Source of the DNA: Atractiella rhizophila
Lineage: Eukaryota
Reading direction: 5' to 3'
Assembly: GCA_021432655.1 (NCBI GenBank)
Contig: MU271609.1
Span: 1-39,687, forward strand
DNA length: 39,687 nucleotides
Under the pieces are notes generated by a model, which was given only the letters and a program-made list of their open reading frames with translations, ran no database searches and was not told where the DNA came from. Each line of letters begins with the position of its first letter. Position 1 is the stretch's first letter. Below, piece after piece: positions 22,679 to 33,896 of the stretch. Made by a program: the position numbers and the translations under genes.

Positions 22679-24219
22679 TCAAGGACAACGCCTAATATAA
22701 CCACCATCACACTTTTTGTTCAAGACGGCATCACGGATGCTCCACCGAAAGGCATCCACAATTTCCCGCTCCGATTCTCCTTCTCGCACATACCATCCTT
22801 TATGAAAGTCTCCATCGCGAGAAGGATTGACAACCTCATCCCGACGAATTTTGCTTCTCTGTGAAAGCCCCGACGAACTTTTCGTATTGTAGTAATCAGC
22901 ATTGGCACTTGAAGGGCCGGAAGGATATCGAGGTGGCGGACTGTCGCTTCGAGTTTCTTTGCCTCTTTGAGCATCCAGCAGTTCGAAGGCTTCCTGGGTG
23001 CTGTTAACGTCTTCGCTCCCCTCGATGAAGCGCCACCATCGGTAAAGCACGCCTACTCGAACAGTGTCAACCTTTACTCCAAGACTGAAGGCCCAGACAG
23101 TAAACAAAACAAGAGGATAAATCAGAGTGATCCAGAGCAAGACTTTGTAGGTAGTTGAAAGGGAGAAGAATTTGCCCAATATGGATGGATTCCGAATCGT
23201 GACGGTATTGTTCCACTTTTGCCATGTCCAACTAGTGCTCGAATGGTGAGGAAAGAGATTTTTAAACTCGGTGACTGAACGAGTCAGTTCCTCGCGGAAT
23301 AAAGCTTCAAGGGAATCGAGGTCCAGTCCAACGATAAATTTTTCGGTCTTCCATTCTTTGTACATCGGCTTGGATTGAACGAACTCTTCACACCAGATGC
23401 GGATCTTCTCTTCATTGTCGACCTTCAGCTTCCTTGTCGCAGCAGGGGAGTCCATCCATAGTTTTCTGAAGAAAGATGGTAAAACATTTTCATCCAAAGG
23501 AGATAGTTGCTGGATCCAACCAGGTACTCCCGAGCTTTCGCGTTTGCGTTCCATCCATCGATGGTGTGAAGAGAAAGGCAGATATTCGCTCCAGGTCACT
23601 TGATGGCGAGCAGAAACAAAAGGAGCCGGATATACGGAAAGTCCCAAGGAACGCGACATCGAAAGACGATGAGCTGGCGTCTGAGGTAATGCAGCGTAAA
23701 AGATTACTGGGCGAGTAGAATTATGCTCAGACCCCCACACGACGGGGATACAAAAGTGCAAGTCTGTCACTGGAATTTTGACGCGTCTCTCTCTTTCTCG
23801 CCGTTGGCCCTTTCTGACTCTCAATCAGCAGTTCAGAACAAAACAACCTGAGACCGACATTTTCGGTGACCCATTCCTTTTCGACTCTCTCTTCCTCATG
23901 TGTGACCGTAACTCGTAAAGTAGCCATAGGTTCATTTCTTGCTTGAACCTTCAAAAAATTGAACAGAGCTTCAGGATCTTCTGTAAGGCGGGGATCAAGT
24001 CTACCAGAGAATGTTTAATTGATAGGCAAATATACATACGTCCACTTACGAAAGAATATTACCATGTCCATCTGCTACGCATTCTGGGAGGTGCTGGTGG
24101 ATTTCGGTTTCAGGATCTAGGAGTGGCTCAGTCTCGCTCGCATCTGCATTCCGGTCGACATTATCTGCAAAAGGGCTGTAGGCCGGCAATTCTGCACTTG
24201 TGCTAGAAACTGGATCCAT
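22679..24219 (-). CDS. Uncharacterised fungal membrane protein (one hydrophobic segment); spliced; paralog of the 39122..39687 gene
   Basis: Start MDPVSSTSAELPAYSPF, long 3' ORF with KIRIWCEEFV..KEWKTEKFIVGLD and LLWITLIYPLVLFTVW. Several motifs are shared with the ORF at the window end. Confidence 0.75.
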
Positions 24220-24692
24220 TGTGACAGTCTGCAAAGAGGTACTGCTTTTTGACGTGGAGGTTGTGCCACGTAGTTGACAGGTCAGGACCTATTGACTCGG
24301 GCAATGTCAGAACAATCAACTTCTTTCTGTTCTCGCAGCGCTGCAGGAAAAAGCACAGCATGTAACGATTGATAATTTGCCCACTATCCCGTGATTCAAG
24401 CCAATGTGCCGGTTGGCAAGTGATGAAAAACTTAAAACTTGGACCTGTGGTCCCAAGGCACTGGCAGCAAAGTGCCATGAAACAAACTCACAATTGTCAA
24501 ATTGGCGACAAAACACCTCGAAGCAGTAACTATTTTATCTCCACACCAGAACCTGTCGGTTAACAATCAAGTTATCAAGCAACAATGTTCAGCTCTGTCA
24601 CGAGTTGTCGCATTCAGTAACTGAGAGTAAGGTTCAATCCGACTAGAAAAGGTCCGAATGTTAAACACGCTCATCGAAAGCACAAAAGCACC

Positions 24693-25661
24693 ATGGGTGT
24701 CAAGGAATTTTTCGATTCTCTCGCTCCTCAGCCTGGTCCTCCACCAGAAGTGAACTTCCCGGACCCAAAACACCCATACGTTGCAGTTGTTGACGGATAT
24801 GCCTTTAATTACGGTCCGGATTACACGCCTCGACAAGGAATGGCTAAGTTTTGGATTCGAGCGAAGGAGGAGCCGATAGTGGTTGCTGGTTTGTTTTATG
24901 CTTTTAAAGGGTGGATCGTAGCTTATTATGCGGAATATAGCACTTGGTTTAACTTCTTATGCTCTGTACAGAGCTATTAAGGTCCGGAGAAGGGATCCCA
25001 TGGCCTTCAATGTCTGGTTGAGGTATAGAGTCGCATTGCACGGCACCACAGTTGCCCTCTTACTTGGTGAGGTCCCTATACTACCTAATTGGGTGCTTGA
25101 GTGTCCATGTCGGAGTTTGTGCTATGTTGCATCTAGTAACTCAGCCTGCTCTCGGCTTAAACGAACACTGAGCCGGCTGCTCGCCTTGCATACGCATGAC
25201 TGTAGTTCTGCCACAAAGCTCAGTTTTTTCACCCTGCACACAATCCACACTGCGCGCGTTGCTGATTGTTGCGGTTAACAACAACAGGCGGAGAATACTA
25301 CTGGCGTTCCTACCGACGTGCTGAACAATACGGATACGAGAAGTACCTCGAAAATCTGCGCAAAGAGCGTTTCCTGGACTTCGACGAAGATGCGGACGAC
25401 GTCACGAAATTCGTTGTCCGTAAACAGGTGGAGGAGCGGAAGAAGTCTCCTACTGAGTTGAGGGAGGAGGAGGACAAGAGGCGGGAGGAGAATGGGGCCG
25501 GTTCAGAGTTTGTGAAGAATTATAGGGAGCGGAGGAGGGCTCAGTTGGACGAGCAGAAGAAGAAGGCGGAGGAGGAAAGAAGTCCTAGCTCAAAAGCAGA
25601 AGAGAATAGCAACACTGGACGAAGCTGGTGGAACGTTGGTGGGATATTTGGGCGAGCTTGA
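24693..25661 (+). CDS. HIG1-domain protein, respiratory supercomplex factor Rcf1-like
   Basis: AKEEPIVVA..LGLTSYALYRA..DPMAFNVWLRYRVALHGTTVALLLGG resembles the HIG1 consensus (K-ENPLVP..R-RV-AQG-TV). Charged C-terminal tail. Introns at ~24889-24940 and 25067-25287. Confidence 0.75.
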
Positions 25662-25747
25662 GTGGACGTAGCTTTTTGAAGAAGCTTTGTACTTTATTAT
25701 TTAGCGGTGATGATACATTGTACATAAATAATCAACGCAACTCATAC

Positions 25748-27162
25748 TCATATCCGTCCAAATTCGGTGAACTCAAATACCGCCTTCCCATTGATAATCT
25801 CCTCATCCGGAATGTTCGCCATTCGCACCAACTCCTTCCTAAACCAAAGCACAATGCGCTCCAAGTTCTTCGGAAACAGTGTCGGATCCTTAAATCCCTT
25901 CCCTTCCTCCGGTTCCAAAATGGTATATCTCTTCAAGCCCTCCTCAACATCCTTCGCCTCTTTCTCCATCTCCGCCTGCTCGAGCTTTCGTCGCGTCTTC
26001 TCGTTCTTGTGCCACGTATCCACACCCTCAACCGCTCCCCAGCCCGATGCCCAGATGTTGCGCCAGAGTGCGGAGGCTAAGATTACATCTGGATTTGTGG
26101 GCTCGCGGTTGCCAAAGACGGTTGTGGAGAAGGTGACTGGCGGAGGAGAAATGGGAGGAAGGACTCCTTCATCCAAGGCGAGACACATGCCTAGGTATTG
26201 CTGATAGAAATCAGTAGTGTGCTTTTTGATTGTTCGATCTCTACACCAATGAAAATCATGAAATGTTTTTACAAAACGGGTAGAGGAAAACGACATACGT
26301 GTTATAATTCAATCCCCACTTCTTTCCGTCCTCAGCTAGCTCTTGTTCGACATCGATGAAGGCGTGATTCGCGAATTTTTGCATCATTTGCCTCCCATAA
26401 GAACGTGGGAGGGCTCGTAACCGGGAATTCACGAGGTAGAGGTGGAGATGGGTTATTGTACGGACGGTGAAGAAGGTGCGTGGGAGCTCGCATGCTGTCA
26501 CGAATCATTAGCCACAATCTTCGTCTAAAGCTCGATAAACCTGAAAACTGTGATACGCGCATAATGAAATTGACAGAGAGGTTGTACAGAGAGCCAACAG
26601 TTCAATCATGTACAAAGCTGCTTCTTCTATTTTCTGTCAGTCTTCATGGGAATACACATGTGGTTGCACCTATGATGTTAACGCTTTATGTTGTGCGAAC
26701 ATAGCATGTTTCTGGGCTCGTAAACAGCACGAGCCTGTCGCAAAATAAAGTAACATCCGCATATATAGCGTGCCACGCAGAAACTGATAGCACAGGCTGC
26801 CCATACCAAAGCTAGATAGGAGAGGCGAGATGCTTACTCTCATACCAAAAGACAGCGTTTTTCCCTTCAAAACCACCTTCCTTCCGACACTCTTGATACC
26901 AATGTCTTGTCAGTCCGTTAGCAGCATAGGCATACACCAGATTCTCTCCTAATACTCTGATGAGAAGCCGTTCCTTCCATGTCAAAGTGTCGCGAGCTTC
27001 AGGAAGGAGCATTCGCAGGCCTGGTGCCCGCGGTACATCCCGGACAGGCTGCGGACGCGGAGAGGGAGGGACGGGGGATGGAGACGGAGCAGCTGTCGAA
27101 GCTCTCCGCACGAGAGAAAGGGTGGGACGAACTGTTGGACGCAGGTTGGGAAGGAGCGACAT
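25748..27162 (-). CDS. CBP3: Ubiquinol-cytochrome c reductase chaperone Cbp3-like, mitochondrial presequence
   Basis: Presequence MSLLPNLRPTVRPTLSLVRR; FWYE-TCELPRTF..ITHLHLYLVNSRLRAL; QYLGMCLALDEGV; DVILASALWRNIW. Long first intron 26495-26837. Confidence 0.85.
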
Positions 27163-27577
27163 GGTGGTACTGAAAAATGTTGGCAATACCTTATAACAAC
27201 GCCGACAACTTCACCAGGTCACCTGATCATTGAACATTGCTCTCGTTCTTTTGACGACCGACTGTGAAGCGAATTAGTTTAAAGGTTTAGCAAGAGTCTG
27301 AGAAAAATAGAAACATGGTGATCGTGCTCGTGAGTTCAGCTCAAAATTGATTGATCGACGTTGCGACTGAGCAAGGATGGGCGCAACCCTGTGCCCTGTG
27401 CGAGGGTGCTCTTCTCGCTCAAGTATCCGTATGAACTGAAGATACCTTACAATACAATTGAAAATCTCCCTTCTACATGACCATAGAAGCGCTACCATTG
27501 AAATGAATTACATTGGAGCGTAGCGTACCATCAAACAACCATCCGAGTCCTACTTCTCATTTGAATATTTATTGTAT

Positions 27578-28696
27578 ATGACCACACTCAAGTACCTGTT
27601 GAGCAGACAGGATACGACTACCATTCGATATCAACCCGTTCTCCTTTTTGCTAACCGATTTGACAGCCGGAGAAGCCTCTCGCTTGCATTTTTGACATGG
27701 ACGGTGCGCCAACTGTTCTGCTGTGACGCTTAATCAATCTGGAAGTATTGATTCCTTTAAAGGCCTACTAATCGATTCTGAATCTGTCTTCACTGAGTGC
27801 TTTCTGTTTGTTCACCGTTTGAACAGCCCCCTGATGTATGATGCTCGAACAGCATCATAGTCTGTATCAAGTCTTCGTGTATTGCGCGCTGCTAATTAGT
27901 GTAGAACGAGATCCTTTCCCGCTATGGGGTCGCGGAGCGGCTCAGTTCCGATGTGAAAGCTAAAATCACGGGTATTCCACAATCAGAAACGATTAAGATC
28001 CTGATAGATCACTACAAGCTTCCCCTGACCCCTACGGAGCTCATGGGCATCATGGAACCCCTTCAACGCGCCATGTTTGCACATGTACAACCAATGCCTG
28101 GTGGTCCGTGCCTTTCTTTTTCAACACCAGTCCGATCACTGAGGCTATCAACACAGCTATTAACCTCGTCACCTCTCTCGTCAAGAATGGTGTCCCCATT
28201 GCTATTGCGACGAGCACGCGTGCAGCGATCTACCCCTACAAGACATCGCATCTCCCACACCTCTTCTCTCCCTTCCCCGTGCAAGCCGTCATAAAAGGTG
28301 ATGACCCACGCGTCCATCGGGGCAAGCCAAGCCCAGATATTTTCTTCGAAGCGGCGAAGGCGCTAAACCTCACGCGTCCCGAGGAATTGGCCAGGTGCAT
28401 CGTGTTCGAGGACGGCGTTCCCGGGGTGATTGGAGCGAAGAAGGCGGGAATGCAAGTCGTCTGGGTTCCCAATCCTGAGGTGAAGAAGGCTGTAAAGGAG
28501 GAAGATCTGGCGTGCACGCAGGATGTGGAGGTTCTAGAGAGTCTGAATGAGTGGAGTCCGAGAAGGAACCGCTTTGACTGGGACATTGAGGTCCGTGCTT
28601 TGATTTTGCTCAGGCTTCTCAGCGTCAGAATTTTTACCTTAGGTTCTAGGAAATGGAAGTGTAGCCATTCTTACTGGTAGAAGGCTTCAATTCTAA
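27578..28696 (+). CDS. HAD-superfamily hydrolase (HDHD1/pseudouridine-5'-phosphatase-like); multi-exon
   Basis: Motif I ACIFDMDG-LLIDSE spans an intron; also IAIATST, RGKPSPDIF, CIVFEDGVPGVIGAKKAGMQVVWVP. Start and last exon are uncertain. Confidence 0.85.
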
Positions 28697-29171
28697 GCGG
28701 AATAATATATTTAAACACCCCTGTCAACTTTCCTCTAGATTGAAGCGGATCCTTCTTTTGGGTCAAGATTTCCCCCAACCTCATTGTTCATGCTGATGGG
28801 AATGAGTCTGAATCAAGAAGGGCTCTACCTACCTGTCTGACGGAAAACGGTCACTCTAGTGCTTCCCATCTGCGAATCTCATCACAACTGCGTCGCACAT
28901 TGCCCTCACATCTGCCTCGAATAACCATTCCACCATCCTTCTCTCCTCAAACCTTAAACCGGGATCCCTGTATCTGCATTATTCATCCGTGCCTTTACAA
29001 GTCCTAAATTTGACTAGGTTGTGAAATTATTGCCTTTATGCTGACACATGTGATAGCAATAAAAGCGTCTCACCTGCACATTTGATATGCGCATTGCGCG
29101 TTTGAGCAGCTGACTTTGTTTATTGGCTCTTTGCAACAACCTGAACACTGTGTTCTGACGGAGGGTACACA

Positions 29172-30681
29172 TCATGACGGCCCATATCTGGTGAAGACCC
29201 ACACTATCTTTTCATTAGCGCCACCATTCAGGAGTTGAGCAAAATCAACGAACATCTTTTCTTTTTGCAGGTTTGCCACGGCTTCGATCCTGACGACCAC
29301 GCCATCATAATTAATCGGAAGACCTCCCTCTATTTGTCTATCTGGTTGATGGCTCCCAAACTTTGAAATCACATCATTTCGTGGCCCAGAACCGCTGCTG
29401 TTTGGAGTGCCTCCATCTCGTGAGTTTGCGGCGGGACCGACGGATCGAAGATGGAGAACGATGCGAGAAGCCATCATTGGCGCGAATGTCAGGGGAAGCG
29501 GTGCGTTGAGGGCTGGGTTGACTACGTTTGGGATGCTGTTTCATTCGCGCATTGTTAGCAAAGAGCACAGACAGTAAAATCATAAGGACGGACGAGAAAT
29601 AAATCGCATTAATTAGGTTGCAGGTGAATACAACAACAAAATAAATGGCTCCATCGCGCGCAAAGATCGTGAGAAGGCGGGTGCGAGGTGACTGGCGCCA
29701 GTGAGAAATAATCGGTCTGTGATAATTATTAGCTAAGTAAACCTGCAATCAGAAGGAAGCTCCTTGCTACGCACACAAGAACGAATATCGTGGCGGCGGT
29801 GTCGTAGAGGAGAGGGGGGAGCCTGCTTGACATTATCCATCTGATCGAATTTCAGCGAGGACATACCAATAAATCCATACGTAGCTGTGGCTTTTAGATA
29901 CATCAGTTTTGTGGACGTCTGACTGAGAAATATACGAATCACTTCTGGTTTCCACTAACAGAGATGCAGCCCTTCAGCCCGGGGAGTCTACTCAGTCTGT
30001 CAACACACTCTTTTTGAACATTGAAACATACAAAGGCAATGCTTTATTTGGCGCCGTCACCGAGATTTGAAGCACAACACCACAGATTGCAAATATTCCA
30101 AAGAACCAAGCAACCCATTTCCGGTGGTTCCACATTACCCACACTCTCGCCGCCAGTAGGAACTCACCGCTCACTGCAGACATATTCATGTCAGTAGGCT
30201 CCAGAGTGACCAAATTGAGGGGATATGCACCACAGAGGATACAGCCGACCAAAGGTTCGAGAATGTGGATTTTATCGCAGGTTTTTGGGTCAATTCTAAG
30301 CCAGAAGAGACACATGAACATGAGAATCTCCAATAGCAACCCGTAACTTCATATTTCACTTCAGCATACTGTATGTAGAGCGAATAAGAAGCTTACCGGT
30401 TGATGATAAAGGCGACTCGGACTGGTGTCCAGCGCTCAGCCCGCCATATCGTCCTGTATTCATCCGGGAAAGTAAGGATGAAATCCCAGGCGTAGATCGA
30501 AAAGCAAGCTGCCTTCTGATTGAATGAAATGTTCATGTTGGGAAATGCGAAAGTGCGCACCAGTGAGATATGTACGACTAGCAGAGAGAACTTCCTCCAC
30601 AGCTTCTCGTTGGAGAGCGAGAACGAGCTGTTCTTCCACAGTTGGATTGGGACCAGCCAAAGCGGCAGGGGATGATGACAT
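29172..30681 (-). CDS. DUF6533-like multi-pass membrane protein, copy with native C-terminus
   Basis: SIYAWDFILTFPDEYRTIW..VAFIINRY; EFLLAARVWVMW; LLTIFARDGAIYFVVVF; MASRIVLHLR. These match the typical basidiomycete DUF6533-type pattern. The 3' end is approximate. Confidence 0.8.
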
Positions 30682-31386
30682 TCTCTCCGCTTGTCCGGTA
30701 GAATTGCTCTCAGATTTGCAGTTCACAGATACGAGGAAATACCCCCTTTATAGTTCTCAATGAATGTTGTGCTTATTGTAGGATCTTCCTGCTGTGAAAG
30801 CCATTTCCCTCGATACCTCAATACAAAGTGAAGTACACCAATCGAAAAGGACCCACTCACACACGCTCGAAATCGACGGATGAGAATGCCAGCTTTTGGA
30901 TCCTGGAATCTCTGCTCTAAGATCTGTCTTGTGTCCCTCAAGTGAATGTTTCCTCATCGACATCCGCAAGAAACACGAACTTGAACATCCGTGCATCCGC
31001 GCAATTCTGAGAACTTTAGACAAGGTTTGTTTAGACTAACAGAATCTTTCAACAGGTCAGTCAAGGTCAGTTGAGGATGATGCGATTTCCATTCACTAGA
31101 GTGTGGAAAAATGAGAAGAGTCAATACAAATACCCTGGCGAGGCGAGGGGCAGTGGAGTTCTCACTAACCTCAAACAGTCGGCAGTGCTCATTCCATCAG
31201 TCTTAGACCTTGCTTAAACAGTCTCCTCGAGATAACACTCAACATCGGTTTGAACTCGCTCAAGCTCAATGGAAGACTCCAAGTGAGAAACTTGGGAACG
31301 AACGAGTGTCGGGAGGATCAGACAGTCTCTACCATCTGTTTTGCATTCTACCCTGCTACAGGTTCAAACGAGCACATCTGTTCATT

Positions 31387-31885
31387 CTAGAGCTTTCTCC
31401 TTTCTGTTTCTGCTTCGAATCTCGTCACAACGGTGTCACACCTTGCTTTCACATCTGCTCCGAAATAACTATTCCACCATCCGTCATTCCCCAGCTCTGG
31501 ATCGATGTATCCAGGATACCCTCTCTTCTGACCGCCCAACCGCTCCATCATAGTATTGAGGATGACATGTCCCTCCTTCGGAAGCGGGGGCTGATTGTCT
31601 GCAGTATGCACATAGAGCTGGAAGACAAGGAGGGCATCGCGATGAGAGAACGCGTTGGAAGACGGAGGAGACGAGATTGCGCCACCCCAAATATTCGCCT
31701 TTCACTCAACTTTGAGTGCTCGGAATGTATGAGAAGAAGAAAAAACAGACCTCGATCCACCAAGATAGGTCTGTGCGAATTGACCTCGTATAATCAAACA
31801 ACCGCTTCACTTTTGTCTCGTCCAACTCTTCTCCTTCTCGATGACCGACTACAAGGGACTTAGCGTAGAAGGCGACTTTATCCTG
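31387..31885 (-). other. Duplicated 3' part of the AA7/BBE-type FAD oxidase gene, lacking the FAD-binding half
   Basis: DKVAFYAKSLVV..WWIE-ANIWGGAIS..AFSHRDALLVFQLY..GYPGYIDPEL..WWNSYFG; same as 33897-34393 apart from substitutions. Confidence 0.8.
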
Positions 31886-33200
31886 AATCACATCATTTCG
31901 TGGCCCAGAACCGCTGCTGTTTGGAGTGCCTCCATCTCGTGAGTTTGCGGCGGGACCGACGGATCGAAGATGGAGAACGATGCGAGAAGCCATCATTGGC
32001 GCGAATGTCAGGGGAAGCGGTGCGTTGAGGGCTGGGTTGACTACGTTTGGGATGCTGTTTCATTCGCGCATTGTTAGCAAAGAGCACAGACAGTAAAATC
32101 ATAAGGACGGACGAGAAATAAATCGCATTAATTAGGTTGCAGGTGAATACAACAACAAAATAAATGGCTCCATCGCGCGCAAAGATCGTGAGAAGGCGGG
32201 TGCGAGGTGACTGGCGCCAGTGAGAAATAATCGGTCTGTGATAATTATTAGCTAAGTAAACCTGCAATCAGAAGGAAGCTCCTTGCTACGCACACAAGAA
32301 CGAATATCGTGGCGGCGGTGTCGTAGAGGAGAGGGGGGAGCCTGCTTGACATTATCCATCTGATCGAATTTCAGCGAGGACATACCAATAAATCCATACG
32401 TAGCTGTGGCTTTTAGATACATCAGTTTTGTGGACGTCTGACTGAGAAATATACGAATCACTTCTGGTTTCCACTAACAGAGATGCAGCCCTTCAGCCCG
32501 GGGAGTCTACTCAGTCTGTCAACACTTTCTTTTTGAACATTGAAACATACAAAGGCAATGCTTTATTTGGCGCCGTCACCGAGATTTGAAGCACAACACC
32601 ACAGATTGCAAATATTCCAAAGAACCAAGCAACCCATTTCCGGTGGTTCCACATTACCCACACTCTCGCCGCCAGTAGGAACTCACCGCTCACTGCAGAC
32701 ATATTCATGTCAGTAGGCTCCAGAGTGACCAAATTGAGGGGATATGCACCACAGAGGATACAGCCGACCAAAGGTTCGAGAATGTGGATTTTATCGCAGG
32801 TTTTTGGGTCAATTCTAAGCCAGAAGAGACACATGAACATGAGAATCTCCAATAGCAACCCGTAACTTCATATTTCACTTCAGCATACTGTATGTAGAGC
32901 GAATAAGAAGCTTACCGGTTGATGATAAAGGCGACTCGGACTGGTGTCCAGCGCTCAGCCCGCCATATCGTCCTGTACTCATCCGGGAAAGTAAGGATGA
33001 AATCCCAGGCGTAGATCGAAAAGCAAGCTGCCTTCTGGTTGAATGAAAAGCTCATGTTGGGAAATGCGAAAGTGCGCACCAGTGAGATATGTGCGACTAG
33101 CAGAGAGAACTTCCTCCACAGCTTCACGTTGGAGAGCGAGAACGAGCTGTTCTTCCACAGCAGTTGGATTGGGACCAGCCAAAGCGGCAGGGGATGACAT
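31886..33200 (-). CDS. DUF6533-like membrane protein, second copy, truncated at the duplication junction and reading in frame into oxidase exons
   Basis: Same exons as 29367-30681. ORF 31706..31996 reads MMASRIVLHLR..PRNDVI-QDKVAFYAKSL. Confidence 0.75.
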
Positions 33201-33896
33201 TCTCTCCGCTTGTCCGGTAGAAATTGCTCTCAGATTTGCAGTTCACAGATGCGAAGAAATACGGCCTTTATAGTTCTCGATGAATGTTTGCTTATTGTAG
33301 GATCTTCCTGCTGTGAAAGCCATTTCCCTCGATACCTCGATACAAAGTGAAGTACACCAATCAAGAAGGACCCACTCGCACACCCTCGAACGACGGATGA
33401 GAATGCCGGCTTTTGGATCCTGGAATCTCTGCTCTAAGATCTGTCTTGTGTCCCTCAAGTGAATGTTTCCTCGTCGACATCCGCAAGAAACACGAACTTG
33501 AACATCCGTGCATCTGCGCGATTCTGAGAACTTTAGACAAGGTTTGTTTAGACTAACAGAATCTTTCAACAGGTCAACCAAAGTCAGTTGATCATGATGC
33601 GATTTCTATTCACTCGAGTTGGAAAAATGAGAAGAGCCAATACAAATACCCTGGCGAGGCGAGGGGCAGTGGAGTTCTCCCTAACCTCAAACAGTCGGCA
33701 GTGCTCATTCCATCAGTCGTAGACCTTGCTTAGACAGTCTCCTCGAGATAACTCTCAACATCGGTTTGAACTCGCTCAAGCTCAATGGAAGACTCCAAGT
33801 GAGAAACTTGGGAACTAACGAGTGTTGGGAGGTTCAGACAGTCTCTACTATCTGTTTTGCATTTGCTACAGGTTCAAAGGAGCACATCTGTTCATT

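Noticed and set aside
25141..25180. Hairpin with AAA in the loop as a SECIS element (likewise 26715-26735)
   Set aside because: Both are intronic, lack the AUGA/GA kink-turn core, and no conserved in-frame TGA was found in nearby genes.
31210..31863. 217-aa plus-strand ORF (and 33822..34304, 34352..34960)
   Set aside because: Antisense to recognisable oxidase exons, and the frame is not preserved between the two duplicate copies.
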